This document shows positions 1-9,779 of a DNA stretch of 64,000 nt, one piece after another. Position 1 is the stretch's first letter. Each line of letters opens with the position of its first letter. Under the pieces are notes generated by a model. It ran no database searches. It was not told where the DNA came from and saw only the letters and a list, made by a program, of their open reading frames with translations. Made by a program: the position numbers and the translations under genes. This stretch comes from a virus, in IMG/VR virus record IMGVR_UViG_3300042731_011014, positions 1 to 64,000 of that record. One strand, written 5' to 3'.

Positions 1-249
1 TGCTTCAGATAAATTTGCTTCAGATAAATTTGCATAAGATAAACCTGCTCCAGATAAATTTGCATAAGATAAATTTGCTCCAGATAAATTTGCATAAGAT
101 AGATCTGCACAAGATAAATTTGCATAAGATAGATCTGTTTTAGATAAACCTGCACAAAATAAATTTGTTTCAGATAAATCTACATCTTTAAAATCTCTTT
201 CACCAGATTGATACTTTTCTATCAATTCATTTCTTGTCATTTTTATCAT
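1..249 (-). CDS. Pentapeptide-repeat protein (3' end runs off the window)
   Basis: Not in ORF track. My translation from ATG at 249 (AGGAG at 256-260): [83 protein letters not shown]. The 15-bp DNA periodicity at 1-180 encodes A(N/D)LSx repeats. Confidence 0.92.
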   Translation of the reverse strand, partial: MIKMTRNELIEKYQSGERDFKDVDLSETNLFCAGLSKTDLSYANLSCADLSYANLSGANLSYANLSGAGLSYANLSEANLSEA

Positions 250-449
250 TTTTTTCTCCTGTTATAAAATAACCAAGAAAATATCCACTCTTTATACTCA
301 CCGCCAAAAAATCGGATGCATAAGACAGTCAACATTATAATCCCTTTCAAGATTCCTTCCACATTCACATATACATGAGATCTTATAAGGAACATATTGT
401 CTTTTGCTTCCCCTTACACGTTCACCTATTCTCTCTATCTTAAAATTCA

Positions 450-764
450 CTATTCATACCTTTTTACTATTGATGCAATAACATCAGCAACAAAACTAAC
501 ATCCTTGCACCCTTCTTTATCGATCTTTGATCGAATTGAAAGTAGTATTTGAATGTTATCATAAAACCTTTTGCGCTCTTGAAAGAAATGGTGTCTCTTA
601 ATTACCCTCTCATTAACATGAAGAATAGAATTACCATTGGACCCACCATCATAAGATGATATTCCACAACCATCTTTTTTACGAAACATCATTCTTACAT
701 GATCTCCAAGGTTAACAAATATTAGATCATTTTCAATTTTAGCAATTTTAGTAATCGCATACAC
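450..764 (-). CDS. Hypothetical protein
   Basis: 104-aa ORF co-oriented with neighbours; no motif recognised. Confidence 0.55.
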   Translation of the reverse strand: MYAITKIAKIENDLIFVNLGDHVRMMFRKKDGCGISSYDGGSNGNSILHVNERVIKRHHFFQERKRFYDNIQILLSIRSKIDKEGCKDVSFVADVIASIVKRYE

Positions 765-892
765 TTCAGGCTTACCATTAATATACCCTTAAATTCCAAC
801 ACTATCACCCGGCTTTATGGTTTCCAACCACATCTCATTAACAAAATCGTTGCTCATTTTACCTTCCTACAATCTTGAGCAGGTCTCTGGAT

Positions 893-1831
893 TTAAAACC
901 GATCAGTTAACTCGGCTACGAGCTTGTATTTTTCGGTTATCTCACTTAAAGGATCACCATCACGGAAACATTGCTTGTCAATTTGATTCTTTGGGTTACC
1001 ACCTGGCCAAATTCGCCAACTATCATTGTCAATAACATCCGCTATGACTAGCTGGCCATCCGAGATTCTTCTACCTAATTCGATCTTCATGTCGGCCAGT
1101 ACTACCGGGCCGTGCTCTGTATCAATACTAAGCCATGAATCTTCAAGGGCCTCAAAGCACGGCACCATGAATTGACTTCTTATCAATTCGGCGCAATCAA
1201 CATCAAATAATGGTTGGATAGTTAAGATAGGTTCACCAGTTGGAGGTGCATCTTTAGGATAGATACCCCATAGATTGTTTTCATCCGGCAAAATTAACGG
1301 GTCCGTGTAAACCCCGGCAGACCATTTCTTACGAAGGAATGGAGATTTCAGAAACCATTTTCTAGCTTCGCTCTCAGGTAACATAAATGGAATCCTGGAC
1401 ATTTCAGTACTAACTGCGGTGTGTTTATGGAAAAACTCGCATAATAGCGAACCCTTGAGCTTAAATGGTTTTTTACTAGCAAGGTGTGGTACACGTTTTA
1501 AGAAGGTCCCCCATGCATAGCGACGCATGATGAACTCAATCGGCATCATCTCACATTTGTGACAAAGTAAAGTAGTTGAATCTTCCTGTGATATATAGGC
1601 AGTCGGAATACCATTCCGCTCGAGTAGATTAAAAACATTTTTGGCTTGCCTAGTTTTACTCTCAGCTACCCCCAAGCTTTCACTGCGCACTCCATCGCCG
1701 GCTGTTAGGATATTCTTTGATCTCATAAGTACTAATAATGGATTCTGATTCCCTAAAACCACCTTTGTCTTTCCCTCTGCCAGTACCATTCTTTCTGTTT
1801 TTTCTGTCAATACCACTCCTTTCAAGGTCAT
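893..1831 (-). CDS. purC: SAICAR synthetase (phosphoribosylaminoimidazole-succinocarboxamide synthase)
   Basis: Motifs LAEGKTK, TAGDG, GIPTAY, PIEFIMRRYAWGTF, DMKIELG, ADVIDNDSWRIW, DKQCFRD. Probable start MTLKG at 1831 behind AGGAG-rich SD; the track ORF begins at 1870. Confidence 0.92.
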   Translation of the reverse strand: MTLKGVVLTEKTERMVLAEGKTKVVLGNQNPLLVLMRSKNILTAGDGVRSESLGVAESKTRQAKNVFNLLERNGIPTAYISQEDSTTLLCHKCEMMPIEFIMRRYAWGTFLKRVPHLASKKPFKLKGSLLCEFFHKHTAVSTEMSRIPFMLPESEARKWFLKSPFLRKKWSAGVYTDPLILPDENNLWGIYPKDAPPTGEPILTIQPLFDVDCAELIRSQFMVPCFEALEDSWLSIDTEHGPVVLADMKIELGRRISDGQLVIADVIDNDSWRIWPGGNPKNQIDKQCFRDGDPLSEITEKYKLVAELTDRF

Positions 1832-2054
1832 CTCCTTTCCTCTCCTTTTATTTTGACGCCCCCTTCGCATTAGGGAAGGGTAAAATGAACTTTTTATTGC
1901 ATCTCTTTGTCACCTATGACAGGTTTTGTAAAGGCAGATCGAAAAAAACTTAAAAAAAATTTTCAACTCAAAACATCCTTTAATTACATACATTTGCAAT
2001 TTTTCCGTTTTTACCTCTCGCTTATACGATTTTGGTCATTTTTGATTCTGAAAT

Positions 2055-2082
2055 TTGACAAAAAAATTTGCCATGCTATACT
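2055..2082 (+). promoter_or_regulatory. Sigma70-type promoter, antisense to the minus-strand operon
   Basis: TTGACA (2055-2060), 16-nt spacer, TG-extended TATACT (2077-2082). Confidence 0.6.
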
Positions 2083-2711
2083 TCCCGATTCAAAATATTG
2101 AGCCAAGGCACCCAATCAGCCCCCCACTCCTCTTTTATAGGCTCCTCTTTTGAATCGACAATAACAGACCAAAACCTAAACTTACGTGATTTTCTTGCTA
2201 TTTTAGCCATGCCATCAACACGATCGTTAAGATAACCTTTGATATCAACATGACCACGATGACCCTTTACCCATCTGACCACTAACTTCAGTCCGGCACT
2301 GTCAACCGTCTCTAATGCCCTCCGCACAAGTTCCTTTGCCTCTATTTTCTCTGGGATAGCCCCATCCCTTACTACACCTCCTTTCCATCCGAACCACTGG
2401 CACACACTCTGACTGTCAGTCTTAATAATTAATATATTCGCCTCTTTAGACGCAAGATGATTAACACATATTTTAACTGACGCGGCAACGCCGCACAGTT
2501 CATTTAAATTAGGATCATCCGCCCATGGCGGGCACGGTCCGCTGGCTAATATTCTCTTATAGTCATCCCTGCCCCACATACCCCATCCGCCCTGTTTATC
2601 TGTCGGGTGCCAACTGGCATCAGTATAAGCCGAAATATAAATGGCCTTACTAATATGTTTAGATTCATTTATCCTTAGTAACTCTCTTATCTTTTGCTTC
2701 AGCTTTGACAC
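2076..2711 (-). CDS. rnhA: Ribonuclease HI
   Basis: YTDASW, NELCG, KTDSQ, WVKGH..G..LNDRVD: the D/E/D/D catalytic set of RNase HI. Confidence 0.88.
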   Translation of the reverse strand: MSKLKQKIRELLRINESKHISKAIYISAYTDASWHPTDKQGGWGMWGRDDYKRILASGPCPPWADDPNLNELCGVAASVKICVNHLASKEANILIIKTDSQSVCQWFGWKGGVVRDGAIPEKIEAKELVRRALETVDSAGLKLVVRWVKGHRGHVDIKGYLNDRVDGMAKIARKSRKFRFWSVIVDSKEEPIKEEWGADWVPWLNILNREV

Positions 2712-3144
2712 ATTCAGCCTGTATCTTTTTAATATGATCTTTGATCACAGTCTGTATTTCCTCAGAAATCTTATTATTAGGAGGACTTACCTCCACCATT
2801 GAATCATACTTCATGGTTTCTTTTACTCTCTCGATCCCGCCCCACCAGCATTGGTTGCCCCAAACAATCTTATCGCTGTCAAGGTAAATACATGGATTCT
2901 CAGATATATCAGTCCATGTTTCCTTAACAGGTCCTAGCGGAGTCATCGTGCCTACCGGCTGTTTAAAATCACCGAGATAATATCCTTCACCGTACGAATT
3001 AGCCACACCCTTATGGATACTTTTTATTGTAGTTACTCTAGATCCTTTTTTAGTCCTGTTCATCTTTCCACCGTTTTGAAACTTTATACGCAAGGCCAGA
3101 CATGATAACAACCTCATACCAAAATCCTGGGTAGCGCCCTCCAA
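2665..3144 (-). CDS. Hypothetical protein (true start probably MNRTKK)
   Basis: ORF overlapping both neighbours in operon fashion. Confidence 0.55.
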   Translation of the reverse strand: MEGATQDFGMRLLSCLALRIKFQNGGKMNRTKKGSRVTTIKSIHKGVANSYGEGYYLGDFKQPVGTMTPLGPVKETWTDISENPCIYLDSDKIVWGNQCWWGGIERVKETMKYDSMVEVSPPNNKISEEIQTVIKDHIKKIQAECVKAEAKDKRVTKDK

Positions 3145-3191
3145 ACGATTCCTTTACTTTGTTACAATTAAAATTCCACTCCTTCTCACAC

Positions 3192-3560
3192 TTACTGGTC
3201 TCTAAAAGAGCGATTACTTCTTTTCCTGACATTGCTCTCCTTCCAATCCTGACAAAGATCCTTGGGTCCTTCAGTTAATCTGCTTTTTTCGCATATCTTG
3301 GGCATACATGGTAAGTAATTAAGGCAGTTCTCGCACCTGTATTCTATATTTCTGACAAAACTTGATATGCAGAAATCATCAGAAGCAACCTCCGGCCGCT
3401 TCGTCCTGCCTACTCCCTGCACTTCAATAACTACAGGGGGGTTAAAGTAACACCTACCACGCTTACTTGTCCCACGGTACGATATACAGAACTTACACTG
3501 CCTATATCTCAAGCTATATTCGCCTTTTTTCATATCTCCACCAACCAAAATTGGGGGCAT
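3192..3560 (-). CDS. Cys-rich hypothetical protein
   Basis: CKFC, CENCLNY, CQDW motifs; operon context. Confidence 0.55.
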   Translation of the reverse strand: MPPILVGGDMKKGEYSLRYRQCKFCISYRGTSKRGRCYFNPPVVIEVQGVGRTKRPEVASDDFCISSFVRNIEYRCENCLNYLPCMPKICEKSRLTEGPKDLCQDWKESNVRKRSNRSFRDQ

Positions 3561-3981
3561 TCAACCCCATTTTATAGAACATTGAGTCCTTAACTGTGGT
3601 CTATAAACCACTACTTTTTAAGAAACTCTTCTTTAATCATAAAACAACCATCTAATAGAGCTGTCTTTATCAGCGGCTCGGCCAGATCGCCAACTTTATT
3701 CTCTAGCTCAACTATATTTTCGGCAACCTTGTCAATTATACCGAGAATTAAGGCCTCTAGCAGCTCACTATTACAATGAGAACCATCTGTACTAACTACC
3801 TTTTCCACCACATCACCCTAGTTACCGCTGAAACAAATGTTCATTCTCAGGGCAAAATGCATATTGCCGCCTGGATCGTGATTGTCCAATCTTAACTTGC
3901 CGATTTCACTAACAACGTTCTTAAGTTCCTTAATATGGCTATATAAAACTCTCAATGAGCTAATGGTAGTTTCGATACTAG

Positions 3982-4506
3982 CTATTGTCTCTTTTCTAAA
4001 CTTTTATTGTGACCTGCTCTCAAAAAAATGCCAGCTTTGGCTATGAAATTATCAGACAAATCCTTTAGAAATCCTGCCTTTTTCACTGAACGACTCCTCT
4101 GTACTGCCTGTTTAAAAGCAATGTGATCCCTAGTGACCCTGGGCGTGACAAACTTCTTTTCGACACAGAAATCAATAGCATCGCTCATGTTATCAAAAAC
4201 ACTGATCACCCTACCTAATCCTAGAATCCTGAATATTTCCTTTGGGTGATCCCTCATGCCCGCAACATATAAAGTATATCCCTCATTGCACAATCTCTTA
4301 TAAGTGCTCGCTATTACACTAAAACCAGTCGAATCAACTTGAACGGCGTCCGTCAGGTCAAAGATCATATTTTTGGATTCTGAATCAATTTGGTCAATAA
4401 AATCAGTGTCTTTTATATTATAGTAATTAAATTTGCCACTTATCTTAATAACACATGTTTTATTTGCAATTAGCTCCTTACTAACTGCCAGCGCTAACAC
4501 TTTCAT
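3982..4506 (-). CDS. STAS-domain protein (anti-sigma-factor antagonist-like)
   Basis: IFDLTDAVQVDSTGFSVI...KEIFRILGLGRVISVF matches the SpoIIAA/RsbV STAS pattern, including the DS(T/S)G phospho-serine motif. Confidence 0.85.
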   Translation of the reverse strand: MKVLALAVSKELIANKTCVIKISGKFNYYNIKDTDFIDQIDSESKNMIFDLTDAVQVDSTGFSVIASTYKRLCNEGYTLYVAGMRDHPKEIFRILGLGRVISVFDNMSDAIDFCVEKKFVTPRVTRDHIAFKQAVQRSRSVKKAGFLKDLSDNFIAKAGIFLRAGHNKSLEKRQ

Positions 4507-4789
4507 CGATCACCTTCCTTAAATCATTAATTAACTCAACGTAATCCTTCTTCAATCTACATTCTCTTCTTATTAGGCTAACTGCTTTATCAAATCCTAG
4601 GCTTTTCATTATTAAAACCGCATCATCAGGATGAATATATCTTCTTTGAACATTAATGATTTTCATGCCTTTTTTTGATAATTTAGTATTAAGTACATCC
4701 CTTACACTATCTATGGAAGGAATCTTTTCCTCACTGTCGGCCGCGACGATAACATCAACCACTAACTTATAAATCCTAGATAATATCAC
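4481..4789 (-). CDS. Hypothetical protein
   Basis: ORF overlapping the STAS gene start. Confidence 0.55.
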   Translation of the reverse strand: MILSRIYKLVVDVIVAADSEEKIPSIDSVRDVLNTKLSKKGMKIINVQRRYIHPDDAVLIMKSLGFDKAVSLIRRECRLKKDYVELINDLRKVIDESVSAGS

Positions 4790-4948
4790 TGTTTACCTTT
4801 CTTTTTATGGATACACTCGATATCCACTATCCACCCATTGTCATTTTTAATGGCATTAACAGCTATTCCCTACTCATCGCTTTTTTAGCGTATTCTATAT
4901 CACCTGCTATTACAATCCCATCATACGCCCCATCGCTTTCCAAAACTT

Positions 4949-6022
4949 TTATTTTCCTCGCGACCTTTCTACTTCTATTATGTCATTTTTCTTAGATTCT
5001 GAAAATCCTGAACACCCTAAGAAATCTTTATCAGTTAATTTTTTTTTCGTCTTTGTCAAAAGCTTCCATCCACCTTGAAGAATGCTAATATCTCCGAACA
5101 AGATATCCATTTTGTTTTCTGGCGGGATAATAATTCGATAGTTTTGGCCTGAAGAGATATTGTTTCCAATAATTGGCTCTCCAATACCAGCAGCATTTAC
5201 TCGAAAAAGTTTACATTGGCCTGCTTCTAGACCATGAAGGTTGTAATCAGCTAGTTCATCATTAAGAATTTCTTCTTTTCCCGGCGCTGTCCAACAATAC
5301 GGTTCTGTAGATGGCGGCACAGGGGTTTTCCATGCTCTGTTTCTTAAATTAGAGGCGATTATATTTACAGGTTTGTGATTTCCAGTGGCCACTGAAAGCG
5401 TTTTGGCAAATGAAGGAAGCCATTCAAGGGTATTTGTTTCAATACATAATCCACCTGCTTCTGCTTCAATACATACCAGGCGAGATTTCCATTGTTCATT
5501 TTGGTCTTTATTTATATCTTCTGGAGCTAAAGGTTGGGCATTGAAAAAACGGTCGGCTTTTTCCTGGATTTTATTTGCACGCTCTGTAAGTTTGTCTTTA
5601 TTAGACAAGTTTCTTCGTTTTGGTATTTTTGTTCTTTCTCTAGGGGAAAGTTTTATCTTGCCCTTATTAAACTCAAATCGGTTGTCAGCAGGACAAAAAA
5701 CGCATTGTCGTTTTATTTTTATAGAATATGCTTGCAGAGTGTCTTCAATATTTAATTCTGAATCGGTTTTGTTTTGCAAATCATTGTACAATATATTATT
5801 AATCAGAAACGTTTTTGTTAAAATCCATCTACCCCACATGGTTTTACAGAAACGTATATCTTCACGAAGACGGATATCTTCACCCATTTCCCAGTAGCTT
5901 GCTTTTAATGCTTCAACTTCAGTAAAACTTATTAGTGTATTCGAAAAACGAAGAGTAATTTTGTCGAATGCTTGAATACAGCGAGTATCTTGGAAAACCA
6001 ATCTTAGAAATTTTAAATTCAT
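4949..6022 (-). CDS. Hypothetical protein co-transcribed with the large MTase, possibly 3'-truncated
   Basis: 357-aa ORF starting 3 nt after the MTase stop; no motif recognised. Confidence 0.65.
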   Translation of the reverse strand: MNLKFLRLVFQDTRCIQAFDKITLRFSNTLISFTEVEALKASYWEMGEDIRLREDIRFCKTMWGRWILTKTFLINNILYNDLQNKTDSELNIEDTLQAYSIKIKRQCVFCPADNRFEFNKGKIKLSPRERTKIPKRRNLSNKDKLTERANKIQEKADRFFNAQPLAPEDINKDQNEQWKSRLVCIEAEAGGLCIETNTLEWLPSFAKTLSVATGNHKPVNIIASNLRNRAWKTPVPPSTEPYCWTAPGKEEILNDELADYNLHGLEAGQCKLFRVNAAGIGEPIIGNNISSGQNYRIIIPPENKMDILFGDISILQGGWKLLTKTKKKLTDKDFLGCSGFSESKKNDIIEVERSRGK

Positions 6023-6025
6023 ATG

Positions 6026-9000
6026 TTATTTCTTAGTTATAAAAGCTTCTGGCCAACCTCCGTGCTGTTCTATTACTATGTCAATCTCCTTCATAATCCG
6101 GATAGTTTCAGAGATAGCTCTAAGGATTTTTTGGTAATGCGAAATTTCATGTTTATTTAGTGTCCGTGCTGGTTGACTTCCTTTGGATCTTCGATCTTTC
6201 AACCACTTTTTGCAGATCTGATAGCCCCCCACATAGAACGTCCAGACATCTTCTGGGACATTGATAAATCCACAAGTCTTTTTTTTGTCGATCCATATAG
6301 TTTCTTTTTCGTATGTTATCTTTTCTACTTTGGGGGATACTTCTCCCACATAATTAGAACAAACGCTATAAGGTGGTATAGAATCTAAAGCGTGAATAGC
6401 TATTAATTTTCTTCCTAATTCCGATAACGATAAAAATAACTCTTCGTTAACAGGATGAGGTACACGCGGAAAATCAAGCTTCAAGAACTCTTGGTAGCGT
6501 ATTCGGTAGCATGGTGAAGAGAATATAGCGTATAAATAATGAAAAGTCTTAAAAGCTAACATGTCCCAGTCGTCCCAGTCATCTTCAAGCCCCTCTATCA
6601 CTCTCTTTTTTAGCAGAGTACAGATAGCTTCCTTACGAATGTTCAAAATAAGCTTACCATAATTCTTTTTTTTATTATGAGGCTCCTTAGTCGATTTCTT
6701 GATATAAATTGGGAAAATGAATGCACTAGTAGATGTCTTTCCAGAAATAAAGGTCCTATCAGTGGGTTCCTGGACGACAAAAAAGTGTTGGGGCTTCTCC
6801 CCTTTGATCATTCTTGTTGCTACGATCGCTGGATTGTCAGAGCTTATACTTCCTAGTACCTTTAATCTCGGCCATGTTGCAATGATGTCATTGTAGTGGG
6901 TAAAGCGAAAATCAAATGGACGATAACAACATCTTTTGATATCAGCATATGGATCAGAAGTAGCCCTAAGACGTTCTCTTGCCTTTGCAAGTGACCAGTC
7001 TCGTTTATCATCCAGCCCCAACTCATTTTGGATGAAATTATCGGAAGCACTACTGAGCAATGAATCAATACGATTACGCAGCTCATTGGCAGTGAATCCA
7101 ATTGCGAAGTGATCTCGTGCGGTCTCAAAGCCTGTAGCAACTTCATGGAACATATCACGTAGGCTAAGGAAACTCTGATATTCTTCCTGATGCTCGGTGT
7201 TTTTTGGCGAGAAAAAAAAGCGACTAGAAGATGGCCTTAGTGCTACCCATGATGTGCTAGAAATAGATTCTTGTTTTAACCAAATGGATTTAGCTTCTCG
7301 GGAACCCCACAAATCAGCATGAAAGGTTTTTTTTATTTGATTTTCTTCATCAACATTTGTAATTTTCGCCATCAAAGCAATTGCGACTCCTTGCTGAATA
7401 TCAAAAACATTGTTGTCGGGTGTACCATCAGGACACTGCTCGGCTTTCTTAATACTGCCATGAAGATCAAGAAAGTGTAGTAATCCAAATGATTTCAGGA
7501 AGCTTTGCCGTAGACGTCGATGGGTGATACCGTCAAGATATGTATGATTCGTAATTAACCCTACAACACCATAACCAGTTTGCTCTATCATTAAATGTGC
7601 AAACCTGAAAAATTTTATATAATCGTCATCAAGGTTTAGTTTTTTCTCATTAAGTTTATGTTTATAGAGAGAAATAAGTCCAAGAATCCATTCATTCGAA
7701 TTCATCTGGCCATAGTTTGAATAAGGTGGATTACCGATTACAATCGTGAAGCGCTTGTTAAGTTTGACCTGATTAACATCTTTAGCTTGCTTTGCAAGGG
7801 TTTTAAACATACTTAGAAATTTTGAATTTGCTTTTGAATCAGGTGGTTCTAGAGTATTTGTTAGGTAAATTTTAATATTGTCGTAATTACCAAGTTGGTA
7901 CCCAGTTTCTCTTAGCTTAAATGCAAGTTTGAGATGTGCAACAGCATATGGAGCCATCATCAATTCATATCCGAATAATCGAGGGAGGAGGTGTTTGGAA
8001 ACGTACTCACTCCATTTTGTCAACACTTCAGAGTCTTTCCAATCCTTTTTCTTTAGTTCTCTACACCACAGATCCTTCATCGTACGCTCGATGACCTCTA
8101 TACACTCAAGTAGAAAAGTCCCAGTTCCAGTAGCTGGATCTAGAATACAAACGAATGGATCTTCTGGTTTCACCCCCTCAGGAATAGATAGCCCTTTAAT
8201 ACGCTTTGCAACGTCGCCCCATGTATCTGTGGATGCCAACCCATCTTCTAGTCCGAACTCCTTCTGCAAGAGTTCATGAACGCTCCGCACGATATATGAA
8301 ACCACAGGGCGCGGTGTAAAGAACACTCCTCGTCTGTTTCTTAGCTCTTTATCATAGGCAGCTAAAAACAGCTCATAAAAATGAATTACTGGATCAGTAG
8401 AGGTATCAGAATCAACATCACCAGCACCAAACACATAGGAAACATCAATACGGTCAAGCAAATCTGCAATATCATCAACTAGCCACAACATTTTACCCTG
8501 TTGTTCGTTAATTTTCATAGACAATATTGATTTAAAAAGCTCGTTGAGAAAGGGACTAGTCTCGGGTATAAACTTCAAAGCTGTTTGTCGTGTAAAACGT
8601 TCACCGGCTTCAATAAGCTTTTCATTGCCTGTCCATCGCGCAGTGAGTAAGCCATATGTTATAGTTTGTGCAAAAGCATTAGCAAATTCTTCCTCGGTTT
8701 GATCGTGAATGAGTGATTCTTTAAAGGCATTGTAAAGGTTTCTAAGAGGTCCTTCGTCCTTCTCCTCATCGAGTTGATTGATCGCAAGTTTTCTAAGATA
8801 TCGAGCACGATATGCTAACTCTTCTGCCAACTCCTTGGGATTTTTTACCTTTGCTTTGCTGACCACAAAGAATCGTGATAAAAGATTCACGACACTTGCA
8901 GCATCTTTGTAACCTTGCCCTTTGCGGAGCTTGCCAGTTAGCTTTTGTCTCCCTTGCCATAACTCTAGGTTCGCATTATTATTATCAGGGTAAATGACAA

Positions 9001-9376
9001 GCACATTGTGAAAACGATTGTTTTTTTCTAGATACTTTTTAAGTTTGGCAGCTTCCTTTTTCGTTTTGAGTGGATAAATAATATAACCTAACAATCTACT
9101 TCTATCATCGCGTAACGTCACACCTTCAAATGGATTACTCAAATCATTTTCACGCTTATCGGGATCAATTCCTATATCATGACCCGCAGGTAGTGCAAAA
9201 GCCTGAAGACGTCTATTAGTATTAGTTTTTTTCCGTAATCCAAAATTCTTAGCAATGATATCAAGAAGATCTAAGATGCATTCTTGAATATCATTCACCT
9301 TAGGAGTTTTACGAGTGCATATATCAAGAAGTTTGTCCGCTTGTGTTCTTTCAATAGCGTTCGTACTAGTTCCCAT
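6026..9376 (-). CDS. Type IIG / type ISP-C-terminal-like N6-adenine DNA methyltransferase with fused specificity domain
   Basis: GVFFTPRPVV, motif I ILDPATGTGTFL, motif IV VIGNPPYS, C-terminal YVGGYQICKKWLKDR typical of this family; no SF2 helicase motifs. Confidence 0.88.
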   Translation of the reverse strand: MGTSTNAIERTQADKLLDICTRKTPKVNDIQECILDLLDIIAKNFGLRKKTNTNRRLQAFALPAGHDIGIDPDKRENDLSNPFEGVTLRDDRSRLLGYIIYPLKTKKEAAKLKKYLEKNNRFHNVLVIYPDNNNANLELWQGRQKLTGKLRKGQGYKDAASVVNLLSRFFVVSKAKVKNPKELAEELAYRARYLRKLAINQLDEEKDEGPLRNLYNAFKESLIHDQTEEEFANAFAQTITYGLLTARWTGNEKLIEAGERFTRQTALKFIPETSPFLNELFKSILSMKINEQQGKMLWLVDDIADLLDRIDVSYVFGAGDVDSDTSTDPVIHFYELFLAAYDKELRNRRGVFFTPRPVVSYIVRSVHELLQKEFGLEDGLASTDTWGDVAKRIKGLSIPEGVKPEDPFVCILDPATGTGTFLLECIEVIERTMKDLWCRELKKKDWKDSEVLTKWSEYVSKHLLPRLFGYELMMAPYAVAHLKLAFKLRETGYQLGNYDNIKIYLTNTLEPPDSKANSKFLSMFKTLAKQAKDVNQVKLNKRFTIVIGNPPYSNYGQMNSNEWILGLISLYKHKLNEKKLNLDDDYIKFFRFAHLMIEQTGYGVVGLITNHTYLDGITHRRLRQSFLKSFGLLHFLDLHGSIKKAEQCPDGTPDNNVFDIQQGVAIALMAKITNVDEENQIKKTFHADLWGSREAKSIWLKQESISSTSWVALRPSSSRFFFSPKNTEHQEEYQSFLSLRDMFHEVATGFETARDHFAIGFTANELRNRIDSLLSSASDNFIQNELGLDDKRDWSLAKARERLRATSDPYADIKRCCYRPFDFRFTHYNDIIATWPRLKVLGSISSDNPAIVATRMIKGEKPQHFFVVQEPTDRTFISGKTSTSAFIFPIYIKKSTKEPHNKKKNYGKLILNIRKEAICTLLKKRVIEGLEDDWDDWDMLAFKTFHYLYAIFSSPCYRIRYQEFLKLDFPRVPHPVNEELFLSLSELGRKLIAIHALDSIPPYSVCSNYVGEVSPKVEKITYEKETIWIDKKKTCGFINVPEDVWTFYVGGYQICKKWLKDRRSKGSQPARTLNKHEISHYQKILRAISETIRIMKEIDIVIEQHGGWPEAFITKK

Positions 9377-9779
9377 CTAATTCACTCCTATAATTCTTAC
9401 ATTCTTTATTCGAGCAGTACATAGAAAATACCAAGTCAAAAGCATCACATCCACATAGTGGACATTCTGCGTTATATTCACCCCGTTTACCCTTACCATC
9501 ATACTTAAACAATCTTAATCCAATTCTTTCAACGTGCTTCACTTTGCAGATATCAACTATTTTTTCAGGAAGGATAACCAGATAGAACTGACTATAATCA
9601 CTTTGTTTTATTCCAAAAGACCTTATCCATTCACCGATTGATAGATCGTCACTAGAAGGTCCCCTTTGCTCCAGTGGCCTATACCCGTACTTAGATAGAT
9701 CTTCTACTAGTTTATCATCTAGTACGCATCTTATCTTAGATACAGCATCAAGGATTTTATCCAGTGATATGGTGTCCAC
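9366..9779 (-). CDS. Hypothetical protein with C-terminal Zn ribbon
   Basis: CPLCG...CSNKEC; its last codons contain the GGAG SD of the MTase gene. Confidence 0.6.
   Translation of the reverse strand: MDTISLDKILDAVSKIRCVLDDKLVEDLSKYGYRPLEQRGPSSDDLSIGEWIRSFGIKQSDYSQFYLVILPEKIVDICKVKHVERIGLRLFKYDGKGKRGEYNAECPLCGCDAFDLVFSMYCSNKECKNYRSELDGN

Noticed and set aside
1-180. 15-bp periodic repeat as CRISPR array or iterons
   Set aside because: No spacers; it is the coding sequence of a pentapeptide-repeat protein.
893-1831. PurZ / Z-genome pathway
   Set aside because: Motifs are PurC (SAICAR synthetase), not the PurA-like fold of PurZ.
6026-9376. True type ISP restriction-modification enzyme
   Set aside because: No SF2 helicase/ATPase motifs and too short; only the MTase and specificity regions match.
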